Source: Candidatus Poribacteria bacterium
GTDB taxonomy: Bacteria > Poribacteria > WGA-4E > WGA-3G
NCBI GenBank assembly: GCA_022824835.1
Contig: JAJDZB010000029.1
Coordinates: forward strand, 39,999 to 103,998
Direction: 5' to 3'
Length of the DNA: 64,000 nt
The notes under the pieces are model-generated. The model did not search any database, had not been told where the DNA came from, and was given only the letters and a program-made list of their open reading frames with translations. Made by a program: the position numbers and the translations under genes. Shown piece after piece: positions 48,593 to 58,009 of the stretch; the stretch's first letter is position 1, and the number at the start of each line of letters is the position of its first letter.

Positions 48593-49342
48593 GTGACATA
48601 TAGAAAGACTTTTATGACGGTAATAATCTTAACCATTATACTATCACCAAGTGTCGTATTGGCTGCCGGTCTTTCGGATAATCTCGTGGGATATTGACCC
48701 TTGGATGGTAATGGTAAAGACGAATCAGGTAATGGAAATGATGCAACATTGGAAACTGGTGCAAAATGGGTGACAAATGGATGGATCAACGGTGCCATAG
48801 AAGTAGATGGCAATGGTGGACACGCGGTTGTTGATGCTGGATTTGAACTGGTTACCACAGAAATCACTGTTGCAGCAAGAGTTAACGGGTGGAGAACAAT
48901 CCCGTGGTCAGGTGTAGTTGTCGGTCGTAGTGATACAACATTTTGGTTAGGGATTGCAGACAACGACACATTGACTTATGTGTGGAATAATAACTCCGGT
49001 GAGACCTGGGGTTGGAAAGGTGCACCCGCATTTCCCCAAGACAGATGGGCGTTAGTTGCCATCGCAATCGCAGAAGATAAAGCTACCAGTTATGTCTACG
49101 ACAGAGACAGTGGAACTCTGGATTCCGCTGACAATGAAATTTCACACGTTGAGCAGACAGTCATTAATCTGAAATTCGGATGGGACGATTGCTGTGGCGC
49201 GAGATATTTCAAAGGTATCATAGACGACGTCATGGTTTTTGATCGCACTTTAAGTGCTGATGAAATTACAGATTTAGCAGCTGGTGGACTTCCTGTTGAA
49301 AGCAGAGGTAAACTCACCACTACCTGGGCAGCACTTAAGTAA
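48593..49342 (+). pseudogene. Secreted LamG (Laminin_G_3) domain protein interrupted by an in-frame TGA at the conserved Trp of the LVGYWPLDG motif.
   Basis: After the RBS AAGGAGG, GTG at 48593 gives MTYRKTFMTVIILTIILSPSVVLAAGLSDNLVGY-TGA(48695-48697)-PLDGNGKDESGNGNDATL.... Downstream, 'RYFKGIIDDVMVFDRTLSADEI' is canonical LamG_3. It ends with the C-terminal KLTTTWAALK motif. Confidence 0.55.
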
Positions 49343-49356
49343 CTTCACTTTTTTGC

Positions 49357-49535
49357 TTAGCTTGTAACGTGAGTTTGATAAATCAGAACAAATAACTTAC
49401 GTAGGTTGGGTTGAGGAACGAAACCCAACATCTTGACCTATTATAGAACAATACATGTTGCCAGTTAATATTTGATTGGCGTTCCTCAACCCAACCTACA
49501 ACGCATATTGCATTTAATTATCAAACTCACGTTAA
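49357..49535. mobile_element. REPIN/MITE-like nested inverted-repeat element of about 180 bp.
   Basis: The outer 17-bp perfect inverted repeat is taacgtgagtttgataa / ttatcaaactcacgtta. The inner 20-bp inverted repeat is cgtaggttgggttgaggaacg / cgttcctcaacccaacctac, with a GTAGG head. Confidence 0.5.
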
Positions 49536-49671
49536 CTTGTAGGATAAAAGTGCATCCAAAAAAGTGTATAGGTGAATCGTCCATTTTTAGGTATCCTACT
49601 GTCGTTCAATTCTAACAAAAATTATTACTGAAATCAACGATTTCACATAACACAAAAAAGGAGATTCCTCT

Positions 49672-50157
49672 ATGTCAAAACAGAAAATCGCAGCAAGCTT
49701 CAAAAACTTCCACGTCATTGCTCACGATTTAGATGAGACAGAAGATCTTAAAACCGAATGCAAAGAGCAATTGGGTGAAGGTGTTCGTCTTGCTGACTGG
49801 AACGATATTCTCGCCTACATTGAAGCAGGTGGTTCGGTGAAGGAGTTCATTGAAACCCTAAAGATACCACTGGAGTATGTCCATCCGGACGATATGGATC
49901 CAATCCCCAATACCGCCTATCGTATATCAATGAATGGAGAACTGCATTGGGACGATGATCGGCACTATTTCTTCGCAAGACACGATCACAAATTACGTGG
50001 AGATTTCTTAGCACACGATCATATTGATGATTTCCACCTATCGTTGGGATCATGGTTTGGTAAAGGTGGGTATGCACTACTCTTCGGAGATCCAGATAGC
50101 ACTGTTGCCCCTCCAGAACCTGAAATTAGAGAAATCGAGCAAACATCTGGCGGCTGA
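49672..50157 (+). CDS. Hypothetical acidic protein.
   Basis: It has a good RBS (AAAAGGAGA). It is bracketed by REPIN-like elements. A (GCTGAG)x3 microsatellite sits at the stop. Confidence 0.4.
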   Translation: MSKQKIAASFKNFHVIAHDLDETEDLKTECKEQLGEGVRLADWNDILAYIEAGGSVKEFIETLKIPLEYVHPDDMDPIPNTAYRISMNGELHWDDDRHYFFARHDHKLRGDFLAHDHIDDFHLSLGSWFGKGGYALLFGDPDSTVAPPEPEIREIEQTSGG

Positions 50158-50180
50158 GGCTGAGGCTGAGGAGGCTAACA

Positions 50181-50210
50181 CAGTGGCGGTGCCACTGTTC
50201 ATTTTATCTA
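50181..50210 (+). terminator. Rho-independent terminator.
   Basis: A perfect 7-bp stem (cagtggc-ggt-gccactg) is followed by ttcattttatc. Confidence 0.5.
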
Positions 50211-50332
50211 ATACTTGTTTCATACTCTCGTAATGCACAACCGTTTTTAAAGCAGAATTCAACGTTGAGGCGATGCTGATATTTCAGCATCGCCTTGATT
50301 TGTTTTTTATAGATTTACGCTATAAATTTCAG

Positions 50333-50368
50333 GTCGGTAGGTTCGGTTAGGAAACCGAACCTACCGAC
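50333..50368. repeat. REP-like 36-nt perfect palindrome with a GTAGG head.
   Basis: gtcggtaggttcggtt-agga-aaccgaacctaccgac. It sits between convergent genes, immediately 3' of the ADH gene. Confidence 0.55.
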
Positions 50369-50393
50369 ACTGGAAGGACAGAAAATCGACAAA

Positions 50394-51413
50394 TCACTCC
50401 GCCCACGGTTCCAAGACTACCTTACCACACTCACCTGTCACTTGCAATTCCCAGGCTTTTTGCACATCACGCATCGGAAATGTATGTGTAATAAATGTAT
50501 CAACTTTATCTGCAGAATCTTTTATCACCTTCATCAGTTTAGGAAAGAAACCGAGGTTATAGTGCCAATTACCTCGCAAAACTAAACCTTTACGTATCAT
50601 ATCTCTACTGGCTGCAAGTGGGAATTCGCCGCCTTCACCAACAAATGTGACTTGTCCTTTTCTACGGGCTGCATCAACCATTAACCGATGCGCTGCAGAT
50701 GCACCTGAGCAATCTACTGCTTTGTCTATACCGATACCGTTTGTCAGCTCCCGTATTTGACCGAGAATGTCCTCATCAGTCGGGTTCAGCACAACCTCTG
50801 CCCCTAACTTTTTGGCGAGTTCTGCGCGATACGGATGACTCTCCACGCCGATGACACGGGCACCACGATAACTCGCATTGATGATACCCCCTAAACCGAC
50901 AGGTCCCAAACCCGTTACCATGACAGTATCAAGAGCATCTACCTCCATCTGTTCCATTGCGCCAAATGTAGGTCCGAGCCCACAACACGCCATCCCCCCG
51001 TGTGCATAACTCATGTCATCTGGAATAGGAAATAAGAGATCCTCCATCTTATGCATATATTGGGCATAGGTTGCCCCGAAGATATCCCCTTCTACCATTT
51101 CCCGATTGTTACGTCCTCCCATACAGTGGATATGCTCACCGATAACACACATATTACACTTACCGCATGCATTTTGTGGTTGCACAACAACACGATCGCC
51201 TACTTTTACGCGTCCGGGTTGTGCCACTTCTACAACTTCTCCAGCTGCTTCGTGTCCGAAGTGTTCACCTGTATTACCAGCTTTGAATCCTTTATATTCA
51301 GTGCACATCGGAACAGCATGGATTTTGACGACAACAATATCTCCACCTGCTTTAGGATCGGGTTTGTCAACCAATCCACCTTTACCTTCACCAAACATTG
51401 CTGCTACTTTCAT
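50394..51413 (-). CDS. Zinc-dependent alcohol/polyol dehydrogenase (MDR family).
   Basis: 'GHEAAGEVVEV', 'CGKCNMC' and 'VTGLGPVGLG' (Rossmann fold). The start is at M15 of the ORF, with a GAGGTGA RBS. Confidence 0.75.
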   Translation of the reverse strand: MKVAAMFGEGKGGLVDKPDPKAGGDIVVVKIHAVPMCTEYKGFKAGNTGEHFGHEAAGEVVEVAQPGRVKVGDRVVVQPQNACGKCNMCVIGEHIHCMGGRNNREMVEGDIFGATYAQYMHKMEDLLFPIPDDMSYAHGGMACCGLGPTFGAMEQMEVDALDTVMVTGLGPVGLGGIINASYRGARVIGVESHPYRAELAKKLGAEVVLNPTDEDILGQIRELTNGIGIDKAVDCSGASAAHRLMVDAARRKGQVTFVGEGGEFPLAASRDMIRKGLVLRGNWHYNLGFFPKLMKVIKDSADKVDTFITHTFPMRDVQKAWELQVTGECGKVVLEPWAE

Positions 51414-51533
51414 ATTATCACCTCTATTTCGGTATTGAGAACACTGAAACTGCAACCGATTCTCCTATATCAAAAAATACTTTACTAAATTATATAGAAA
51501 GAATTGGTGCTATTTGACTGTCAATGCCTACAT

Positions 51534-51617
51534 GTAGGTCGGGTAGAGCGAAGCGAAACCCGACATGATAGTTCCAATCCATACGTGTCGGGTTTCGCTT
51601 CGCTCTACCCGACCTAC
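51534..51617. mobile_element. REPIN-like element: a 32-bp perfect inverted repeat around a 20-bp spacer.
   Basis: gtaggtcgggtagagcgaagcgaaacccgaca ... tgtcgggtttcgcttcgctctacccgacctac. Confidence 0.55.
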
Positions 51618-51674
51618 AAGTTTAACTTATGCTATTCCCGCATTTGTTACGCCATGCAAATTACGCCATTCAAT

Positions 51675-52448
51675 TTATGAAAGACCCATCTCTTGAAGAT
51701 TTTTTAGACTCATGCCTAAACTCTCAAACGGATCACGTTCATAGCAGGAATCTTGCTCAACAATATACCATTCAACCTCTGCATATTCACATGCGTCCAA
51801 AATAGCAGTCCAGTTAAGGTTTCCTTCACCGACTTCAGCATAACGTTGTGAGTTCCCCACCACTGCCATATCTTTGAGATGGACAATGTGCGCGCGACCT
51901 TTCAACTTACGAATCCACTCCGCAGGGTCGCCACCACCGTGCTGAATCCAATACGTGTCAATCTCACTATTAAAATACGCAGGATCGCTATCTTCATACA
52001 AAATCTGCAGTCCAGTACGTCCATCATCATAACGTTCCAATTCAAAACTGTGATTGTGATACGAGAAGGTCAAACCCCCTTCAGCAAGACGTTTCGCAAC
52101 ATCAGAAGCTTCCTTAGCAAACTTGGAATACCCTTCAGTGCTGCGATATTCACCGGGAAGTCCACCGATTGCTGCGTGTTTGCATCCCCACAGATTATGT
52201 TCATCGATCACTGCTTGCGGTTCATCCTGCATCTTTGCGTAACTTGTGTGTGTAGCACAAATTGTAATACCTTCATTATCAACAATGTTCTTCAATGCTT
52301 CAGGTTCAATCGGTCCAAGTGCTGAACATTGAACAGCCTCGTAACCGAGCTCACGAACCTTTTTCATCGTCTTCGCAATGTCTTCCTCTGTTTTCGTAAA
52401 TTCCCTAAGCGTATAGAGTTGCGCTGCGAGTTGAGTTCCCATATTCAC
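51675..52448 (-). CDS. Sugar phosphate isomerase/epimerase (xylose isomerase-like TIM barrel) family protein.
   Basis: 'QLYTLREF' and the conserved E/H/D metal-ligand pattern (..VHLKD.., ..EQDS..). Confidence 0.65.
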   Translation of the reverse strand: MNMGTQLAAQLYTLREFTKTEEDIAKTMKKVRELGYEAVQCSALGPIEPEALKNIVDNEGITICATHTSYAKMQDEPQAVIDEHNLWGCKHAAIGGLPGEYRSTEGYSKFAKEASDVAKRLAEGGLTFSYHNHSFELERYDDGRTGLQILYEDSDPAYFNSEIDTYWIQHGGGDPAEWIRKLKGRAHIVHLKDMAVVGNSQRYAEVGEGNLNWTAILDACEYAEVEWYIVEQDSCYERDPFESLGMSLKNLQEMGLS

Positions 52449-52494
52449 TCCTTTTTATGGTAAATTATAAAAATAAATTGACATTTTCGCCACT

Positions 52495-52524
52495 CGGTAG
52501 GCGAGGTTTCCTAACCTCGCCGAT
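52495..52524. repeat. REP-like hairpin of the same family, with a TCCT loop.
   Basis: cggtaggcgaggtt-tcct-aacctcgccgatg. Confidence 0.45.
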
Positions 52525-52670
52525 GCAGCGTGTCTAAATAATTCTAAAATCTGATATAATTTGAAATCTGTTTGTGTAAGTATAATAACCTACAAGGCAG
52601 ATGTCAAGACATAATTTATGGATTGAAAAATTCGTTTGCATAAAACACATGATTTTTGCTAATATACAGT

Positions 52671-53024
52671 ATGATCAATCCATTTTTCTTCGGCAGTAGA
52701 GGACGGGGTATATTTCGTTTTTTACGAATCTTTCTCCATTTTCCGAACTTCATAAAGCTGACGTTGCGACTATTCCGCGACAAGCGCGTTCCTATTTATC
52801 GTAAGGCGATCCTTGTCGTTTTTGAAATCCTCGCAGCTGCTTTTGCTATTGCATACTTTATATATCCATTCGATGCTGATTTCATACTGCCAATTATTGG
52901 TCGCTTCGACGACATTCTTATAGGAGCATTTGTGATTCTTGTGCCGGGAGCATGGTTATTTATAAAATCCTGTCCTCAAAACGTTGTACGCGAACATGTG
53001 GACAGAATCGCTCGTGGTGAATAA
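52671..53024 (+). CDS. DUF1232 (YkvA-like) membrane protein.
   Basis: 'YPFDADFILPIIGRFDDILIGAFVI' is the DUF1232 signature. Confidence 0.5.
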   Translation: MINPFFFGSRGRGIFRFLRIFLHFPNFIKLTLRLFRDKRVPIYRKAILVVFEILAAAFAIAYFIYPFDADFILPIIGRFDDILIGAFVILVPGAWLFIKSCPQNVVREHVDRIARGE

Positions 53025-53154
53025 AAAACTATTTTTACGAACTTTTTTTGCAACTTTCAATCTTATTATGTGTGTTTTTAGATGAAAACATAAAAAACAA
53101 ATAAAGACTAATCGCAATATTACATTTTAAAACTAACTTCGGAGGTATTAAACC

Positions 53155-54741
53155 ATGTTAAATATAGGACACATACACCGCAGACGCGTCGTAATTCTAT
53201 TAGTCGTAGCAGGACTTGCCGTTGCAGCAGGGCTTATTATCAATCAAGGTGCAAACGAGTTTGTCGTACCAACTGCTATCGGTGAAACAAACGAAACTTT
53301 TGAACAGACTGAAGATTTTCAATATCTGGAACGTGCTAATCGCGCATTCATCAATTTGGTAGCACGCACACGATCCTCTGTGGTGCAAATAACAACAAAA
53401 ATAGAACGAGATGAGGAACAGACACTACCTAAAACCCTCATAATCCCGCCTGAAGGTATGGATAGGGAAGATTTTAGATGGAGAGATGACGAATTAGATC
53501 CAGAAAGATGGTTTAGATTCCGTTTTGGTGAACCTGCTCCACAAAGACCTACTACAGGTGTCGGTTCAGGGGTAATCGTCAGTGAAGACGGGTATATCCT
53601 CACGAATAATCATGTGATTAAGCGAGCGGATAAAATTACTGTCACCCTGGCAGATGGCAAGAACTACGAAGCAACGTTAGTCGGACGAGATGACGCAGAG
53701 GAAAATGGCGGCGGAACCGATCTGGCGGTCATCAAAATTGATGCAAAAGGACTACCTGTACTCCCCTTCGGTGACTCAGATAGTCTTGAAGTCGGAGAAT
53801 GGGTGATTGCTATCGGAACACCGCTAAACTTGTCGCAAACTGTAACACGTGGTATTGTAAGCGCGAAAGAACGGCAATCGGGAATTACCACTTACGGCAA
53901 CTTTATTCAGACAGACGCGCCAATCAATCGTGGAAACAGCGGCGGTGCCTTGATTAACATACGCGGGGAACTTGTCGGGATAAATACCTTTATCGCAACG
54001 GGTGGATTATCTGTAGGAAATATCGGTTTAGGGTTCGCACTCCCAAGTAATCTCGTCAAACAGATTTTACCTGAACTCATTGAAAATGGAAAAATCGAAC
54101 GCGGGTGGCTCGGTATCACAATGGGAACCATTGACCAAGAAATAGCGGATAAGTATAATCTCGATTCAACTGAAGGCGTATTGGTCAATCTCGTCGGCAG
54201 AGATAGTCCTGCATATAGAGGCGGTTTGCGAGATGACGATATTATCATCCAGTTTGATGGAGAAAAGATAAAGGACATGTCGCACCTAAGACATGCTGTC
54301 GCTGCTACACCTGTAGGAAAATCCGTTAAAGTAGACGTGCTTCGAGATGGTAAAGAAAAGCAACTGACTATTAAGTTGGGTAGACGGACAGAAGAGACAG
54401 TGGCATCACTTAAGGAATTAAATTTTGCAGGACTTAGAGTTCAAGACCTAACCCCAGAAATCGCAACAGAATTAGGGTACTCTGAGGATGACACGGGTGT
54501 TGTCATAACGCATGTTGAAAAAGGTAGTGACGCAGAACGGAAAGGTATCAAACCCGGATACCTCATTCAAGAAATGGAATATGCAAATATAAAGGATTTT
54601 AAGACCTATTCTGTGATCCTCAACAAAATTAAACAGAATAATGAAACGCGTATTCTACTCTATGTCAAATCTCCCTACCAACAAGGAACAGGTTATGTTA
54701 CACTCAATATAGCACCCAATATAGCACCGTCAGATAGATAG
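53155..54741 (+). CDS. HtrA/DegP-family periplasmic serine protease with two PDZ domains.
   Basis: 'GSGVIVSEDGYILTNNHVI' (His), 'DLAVIKI' (Asp) and 'TDAPINRGNSGGALIN' (Ser), followed by two PDZ-like regions. Confidence 0.85.
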   Translation: MLNIGHIHRRRVVILLVVAGLAVAAGLIINQGANEFVVPTAIGETNETFEQTEDFQYLERANRAFINLVARTRSSVVQITTKIERDEEQTLPKTLIIPPEGMDREDFRWRDDELDPERWFRFRFGEPAPQRPTTGVGSGVIVSEDGYILTNNHVIKRADKITVTLADGKNYEATLVGRDDAEENGGGTDLAVIKIDAKGLPVLPFGDSDSLEVGEWVIAIGTPLNLSQTVTRGIVSAKERQSGITTYGNFIQTDAPINRGNSGGALINIRGELVGINTFIATGGLSVGNIGLGFALPSNLVKQILPELIENGKIERGWLGITMGTIDQEIADKYNLDSTEGVLVNLVGRDSPAYRGGLRDDDIIIQFDGEKIKDMSHLRHAVAATPVGKSVKVDVLRDGKEKQLTIKLGRRTEETVASLKELNFAGLRVQDLTPEIATELGYSEDDTGVVITHVEKGSDAERKGIKPGYLIQEMEYANIKDFKTYSVILNKIKQNNETRILLYVKSPYQQGTGYVTLNIAPNIAPSDR

Positions 54742-54797
54742 GTGGGTGTGGACATACCGTGGACACTGCTGACAACGTTAGATTGATAATAAAAAAC

Positions 54798-54855
54798 TTG
54801 AAGGATAGTCGTTTTTCTGATATACTCTTGAGAACGACTATCCTTCATCTTTTTA
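54798..54855 (+). terminator. Hairpin with a T-tract between htrA and the downstream dehydrogenase gene.
   Basis: A 14-bp stem gaaggatagtcgtt...aacgactatccttc is followed by atcttttt. The loop is long (19 nt), so this may be an attenuator rather than a full terminator. Confidence 0.35.
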
Positions 54856-54869
54856 AGGTGTGATACTTT

Positions 54870-55871
54870 ATGAAAGCACAACGAGTTATTTGGCCAGAAC
54901 GTGCAACGGTTGATATTGAGACGTTTGAACTGCCTAATATCAAGGATGACGAAATTCTAATAGCAACCGAATGCACACTGATTAGTCCTGGCACGGAACG
55001 CGCATTCCTGCTATCACTTCCGAACGCACGCGGTGGATATCCATCACGTCCAGGGTATAGCAATATCGGCAAAGTCGTAGAGGTTGGCGAAAACGCCAGT
55101 GGTTATACGGTAGGTGACCGTGTCGCATCAACCCACGGACACACCAGCCACTTTGTCTCATCACCGAGTCGCGTACTCAAGATAGAACCATCCGACGCGC
55201 CATCCGAAGAGTTGGTCTTCTTTAATCTCAGCGCAATAGCCTTACAAGGCGTGAGAAAAGCACGAATAGAATTAGGGGAATCAACAATCGTCATCGGACA
55301 AGGTCTCATCGGTTCACTTGCGTTGCAGCTCGCAAAACTGAGCGGAGCAGTACCTGCAATTGCAGCAGATTTAACAGATAGTCGCTTGGAACTATCTAAA
55401 GACATCGGTGCAGACTTCACGTTAAATCCTGAAGATACAGATTTTGCCAAACAGTTAGCCGATGCCACTATGGGGAAGGGACCTATCGTTGTCATAGAAG
55501 CAACAGGACATCCTGATGCGATTACCACCGCTCTGGACGTAGCAGGTTGGGGGGCGCGGGTCGTATTGTTAGCAAGTACACGCGGTGAAACACCGAAAGT
55601 CAATTTCTATCGCGATGTACATAAGAAAGGTCTTATCCTTTACGGTGCACACAATTCCATTCGTCCACGGCAAGAATCGTCACCGAACTTCTGGACCAGT
55701 GAAGATGATGGACGTTTAATGTTATCCCTTATCGCAAATGGACGTTTTAACGTTGCCCCGTTGATAAGCCATCGGTTCGCAGGACACGATGCACCGAAAG
55801 CCTATCAACTGCTTATGGAATGGAATCCTGAATTACTTGGTGTTGTGCTACAGTGGAACAGTGAGATGTAG
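54870..55871 (+). CDS. MDR-superfamily zinc-type dehydrogenase-like oxidoreductase.
   Basis: It has the GroES-like N-terminal region plus 'IVIGQGLIGSLALQLAKLSGA' (Rossmann fold). Confidence 0.5.
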   Translation: MKAQRVIWPERATVDIETFELPNIKDDEILIATECTLISPGTERAFLLSLPNARGGYPSRPGYSNIGKVVEVGENASGYTVGDRVASTHGHTSHFVSSPSRVLKIEPSDAPSEELVFFNLSAIALQGVRKARIELGESTIVIGQGLIGSLALQLAKLSGAVPAIAADLTDSRLELSKDIGADFTLNPEDTDFAKQLADATMGKGPIVVIEATGHPDAITTALDVAGWGARVVLLASTRGETPKVNFYRDVHKKGLILYGAHNSIRPRQESSPNFWTSEDDGRLMLSLIANGRFNVAPLISHRFAGHDAPKAYQLLMEWNPELLGVVLQWNSEM

Positions 55872-55899
55872 ATTTTTTAGTTGCCTTGAAAGGAAATAG

Positions 55900-57996
55900 A
55901 TGGCACGCGAATACCCTATAGAAAAAGTACGCAACATCGGGATTGCCGCACACATTGATGCAGGTAAAACAACAACTACCGAACGAATTCTTTTCTATAC
56001 AGGAAAAAAACACAAACTCGGTACAGTTGACGACGGTACTACCGAAATGGATTGGATGGTACAGGAACGTGAACGCGGTGTAACAATCACTGCCGCCGCA
56101 ACAACATGCTTCTGGCAAGACCACGCAATACACCTAATTGATACCCCCGGACACGTCGATTTCACTGTAGAAGTAGAACGTTCATTACGTGTCTTGGACG
56201 GCGTGATCGCGCTGTTTTGCGCTGTTGGTGGGGTGGAACCGCAATCTGAAACCGTTTGGAATCAAGCCGAACGCTATCAGATACCACGTATCGCATTCGT
56301 CAATAAAATGGATAGGGTAGGTGCAAATTTCACACGCGTCCTCGAAATGATGCGCGAACGATTCGGTACAAATCCTGTACCATTACAGATACCACTCGGT
56401 GAAGGACGCGATTTTGCAGGAGTCGTTGATCTTATACAGATGAAAGCAATACAATGGGATGAAACAGACCAAGGAAAAACATTTCAAGAGATTGATATCC
56501 CAACAGAATTCCAAGATGCAGCGACAATAGCGCGAGAATCGCTCGTGGAAAATGTCGCCTCTGAGAACGATGAGCTCCTTGAGAAATACCTTGAAGGCAC
56601 AGAGATTACATCTTCCGAATTAATCGCAGGTATCCGAAGTGCGACACTTAATGGAACCATAATCCCTATACTCTGCGGAAGTTCACTAAAAAATCAGGGA
56701 GTCCAACCGCTCCTTGATGCAGTCGTTTCGTTTCTGCCTTCACCGGTCGAAGTACCCCCAATTGAAGGTGAAATACCGAAACCTACAAAAGGCAAATCTT
56801 CCAGACGTGATACCGAACAAACATTAGAAAAAGTTGTCCGTCATGCAGACGACTCCGAACCGTTTTCTGCTTTGGCATTCAAGGTCGCAAGCCATGAAAA
56901 TGTGGATAAACTCGTCTACTGCAGGGTCTATTCCGGCACGCTCAAACGCGGCGCGGTTGTGTATAACGTTGCGACAGAAAAACGGGAACGTGTCAACCGT
57001 ATCCTACAGATGCATGCAAACAAAGAAGCGAGCTGTGATGCCGCTTATGCGGGAGACATTGTCGCTCTCGTCGGGATGCGTACAACGAAGACCGGACATA
57101 CATTGAGCGATATAAACAACCCACTGCTGTTAGAATCGATTGAATTTCCACCACCCGTTATATCCGTTGCCATTGAACCTGAACGCGCCAGCGATACAGA
57201 CGCATTGGAAGAAACACTCGAAAAACTCATGGACGAAGACCCAACGTTTACCGTCGGTATTGACCAAGAAACAGGACAACGGATTATCTCTGGTATGGGA
57301 GAACTGCATTTAGAAATCCTCACGGACCGCATGATCCGAGAATTCGGTGTGAATGCACGCGTCAGCAAACTACAAGTAGCCTATCGTGAGACGATCAGCT
57401 CCACCGCAAAAGCACGCGGAACGCATGTTCATAAAACAGAAGAGGAAGGGATTTACGGTGATGTGGAACTCTCTGTAGCACCATTAGAACGCGAAGAAGG
57501 CTTTCAGTTTGAGGACAGAACAGATGAAACACAGATACCGCGGCAGTTTATGCCAGCTATAGAAAAGGCACTTGAAGGGGCAATGGGGTCTGGCGCGCTG
57601 ATGGGATATGCATTGCAAGATATTAAGGTAACATTGACCGGTGGTTCCACACACCCCACAGATGCATCAGAGGTCGCTTATGAAGCGGCAGCAGCATTGG
57701 CTTTTGAAAAAGCTGTCAGACAGGCGAACCCTTTACTCCTTGAACCGATAATGCACATACACATCACTGTCCCAGATGAGCATGTGGGAAAAGTCATTGG
57801 AGACCTAAATTCCCGTCGTGCACAGATCAGCGAGACGACTACGCAGGACACATCTAACATCATCAATGCCATCATTCCGTTAGCAGAGACCTTTCAATAT
57901 ACAACCCATCTCCGTTCTATGACACAAGGTCGTGGTGCGTTCACATTAGAGTTCTCACACTACGATGTAGCACCGTCATCCATCACCGCATCATAG
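55900..57996 (+). CDS. fusA: Translation elongation factor G. It is a stand-alone copy, not in an rpsL-rpsG-fusA-tuf context.
   Basis: '[15 protein letters not shown]', 'DTPGHVDF', 'NKMDR' and domains IV/V ('GELHLEI'). Confidence 0.8.
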   Translation: MAREYPIEKVRNIGIAAHIDAGKTTTTERILFYTGKKHKLGTVDDGTTEMDWMVQERERGVTITAAATTCFWQDHAIHLIDTPGHVDFTVEVERSLRVLDGVIALFCAVGGVEPQSETVWNQAERYQIPRIAFVNKMDRVGANFTRVLEMMRERFGTNPVPLQIPLGEGRDFAGVVDLIQMKAIQWDETDQGKTFQEIDIPTEFQDAATIARESLVENVASENDELLEKYLEGTEITSSELIAGIRSATLNGTIIPILCGSSLKNQGVQPLLDAVVSFLPSPVEVPPIEGEIPKPTKGKSSRRDTEQTLEKVVRHADDSEPFSALAFKVASHENVDKLVYCRVYSGTLKRGAVVYNVATEKRERVNRILQMHANKEASCDAAYAGDIVALVGMRTTKTGHTLSDINNPLLLESIEFPPPVISVAIEPERASDTDALEETLEKLMDEDPTFTVGIDQETGQRIISGMGELHLEILTDRMIREFGVNARVSKLQVAYRETISSTAKARGTHVHKTEEEGIYGDVELSVAPLEREEGFQFEDRTDETQIPRQFMPAIEKALEGAMGSGALMGYALQDIKVTLTGGSTHPTDASEVAYEAAAALAFEKAVRQANPLLLEPIMHIHITVPDEHVGKVIGDLNSRRAQISETTTQDTSNIINAIIPLAETFQYTTHLRSMTQGRGAFTLEFSHYDVAPSSITAS

Positions 57997-58009
57997 ACCA
58001 CACGATAGA

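Noticed and set aside
48695-48697. Genome-wide TGA to Trp recoding as the explanation for the in-frame TGA in the LamG gene.
   Set aside because: Many adjacent genes terminate at TGA with sensible lengths and downstream intergenic signals (for example 52-1287, 49672-50157, 59740 end). A standard code is far more likely.
48457-48969. A 170-aa minus-strand ORF overlapping the LamG gene.
   Set aside because: It overlaps a clearly homologous plus-strand LamG_3 domain, has a low-complexity S/T/P-rich translation and has no upstream signals.
53200-54278. Minus-strand ORFs within htrA (53319-53603, 53664-53891, 53907-54278).
   Set aside because: They are antisense to a canonical HtrA protease with all catalytic motifs intact.
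55103-55603. A 166-aa minus-strand ORF within the MDR dehydrogenase gene.
   Set aside because: It is antisense to the better-supported plus-strand gene with a Rossmann motif.
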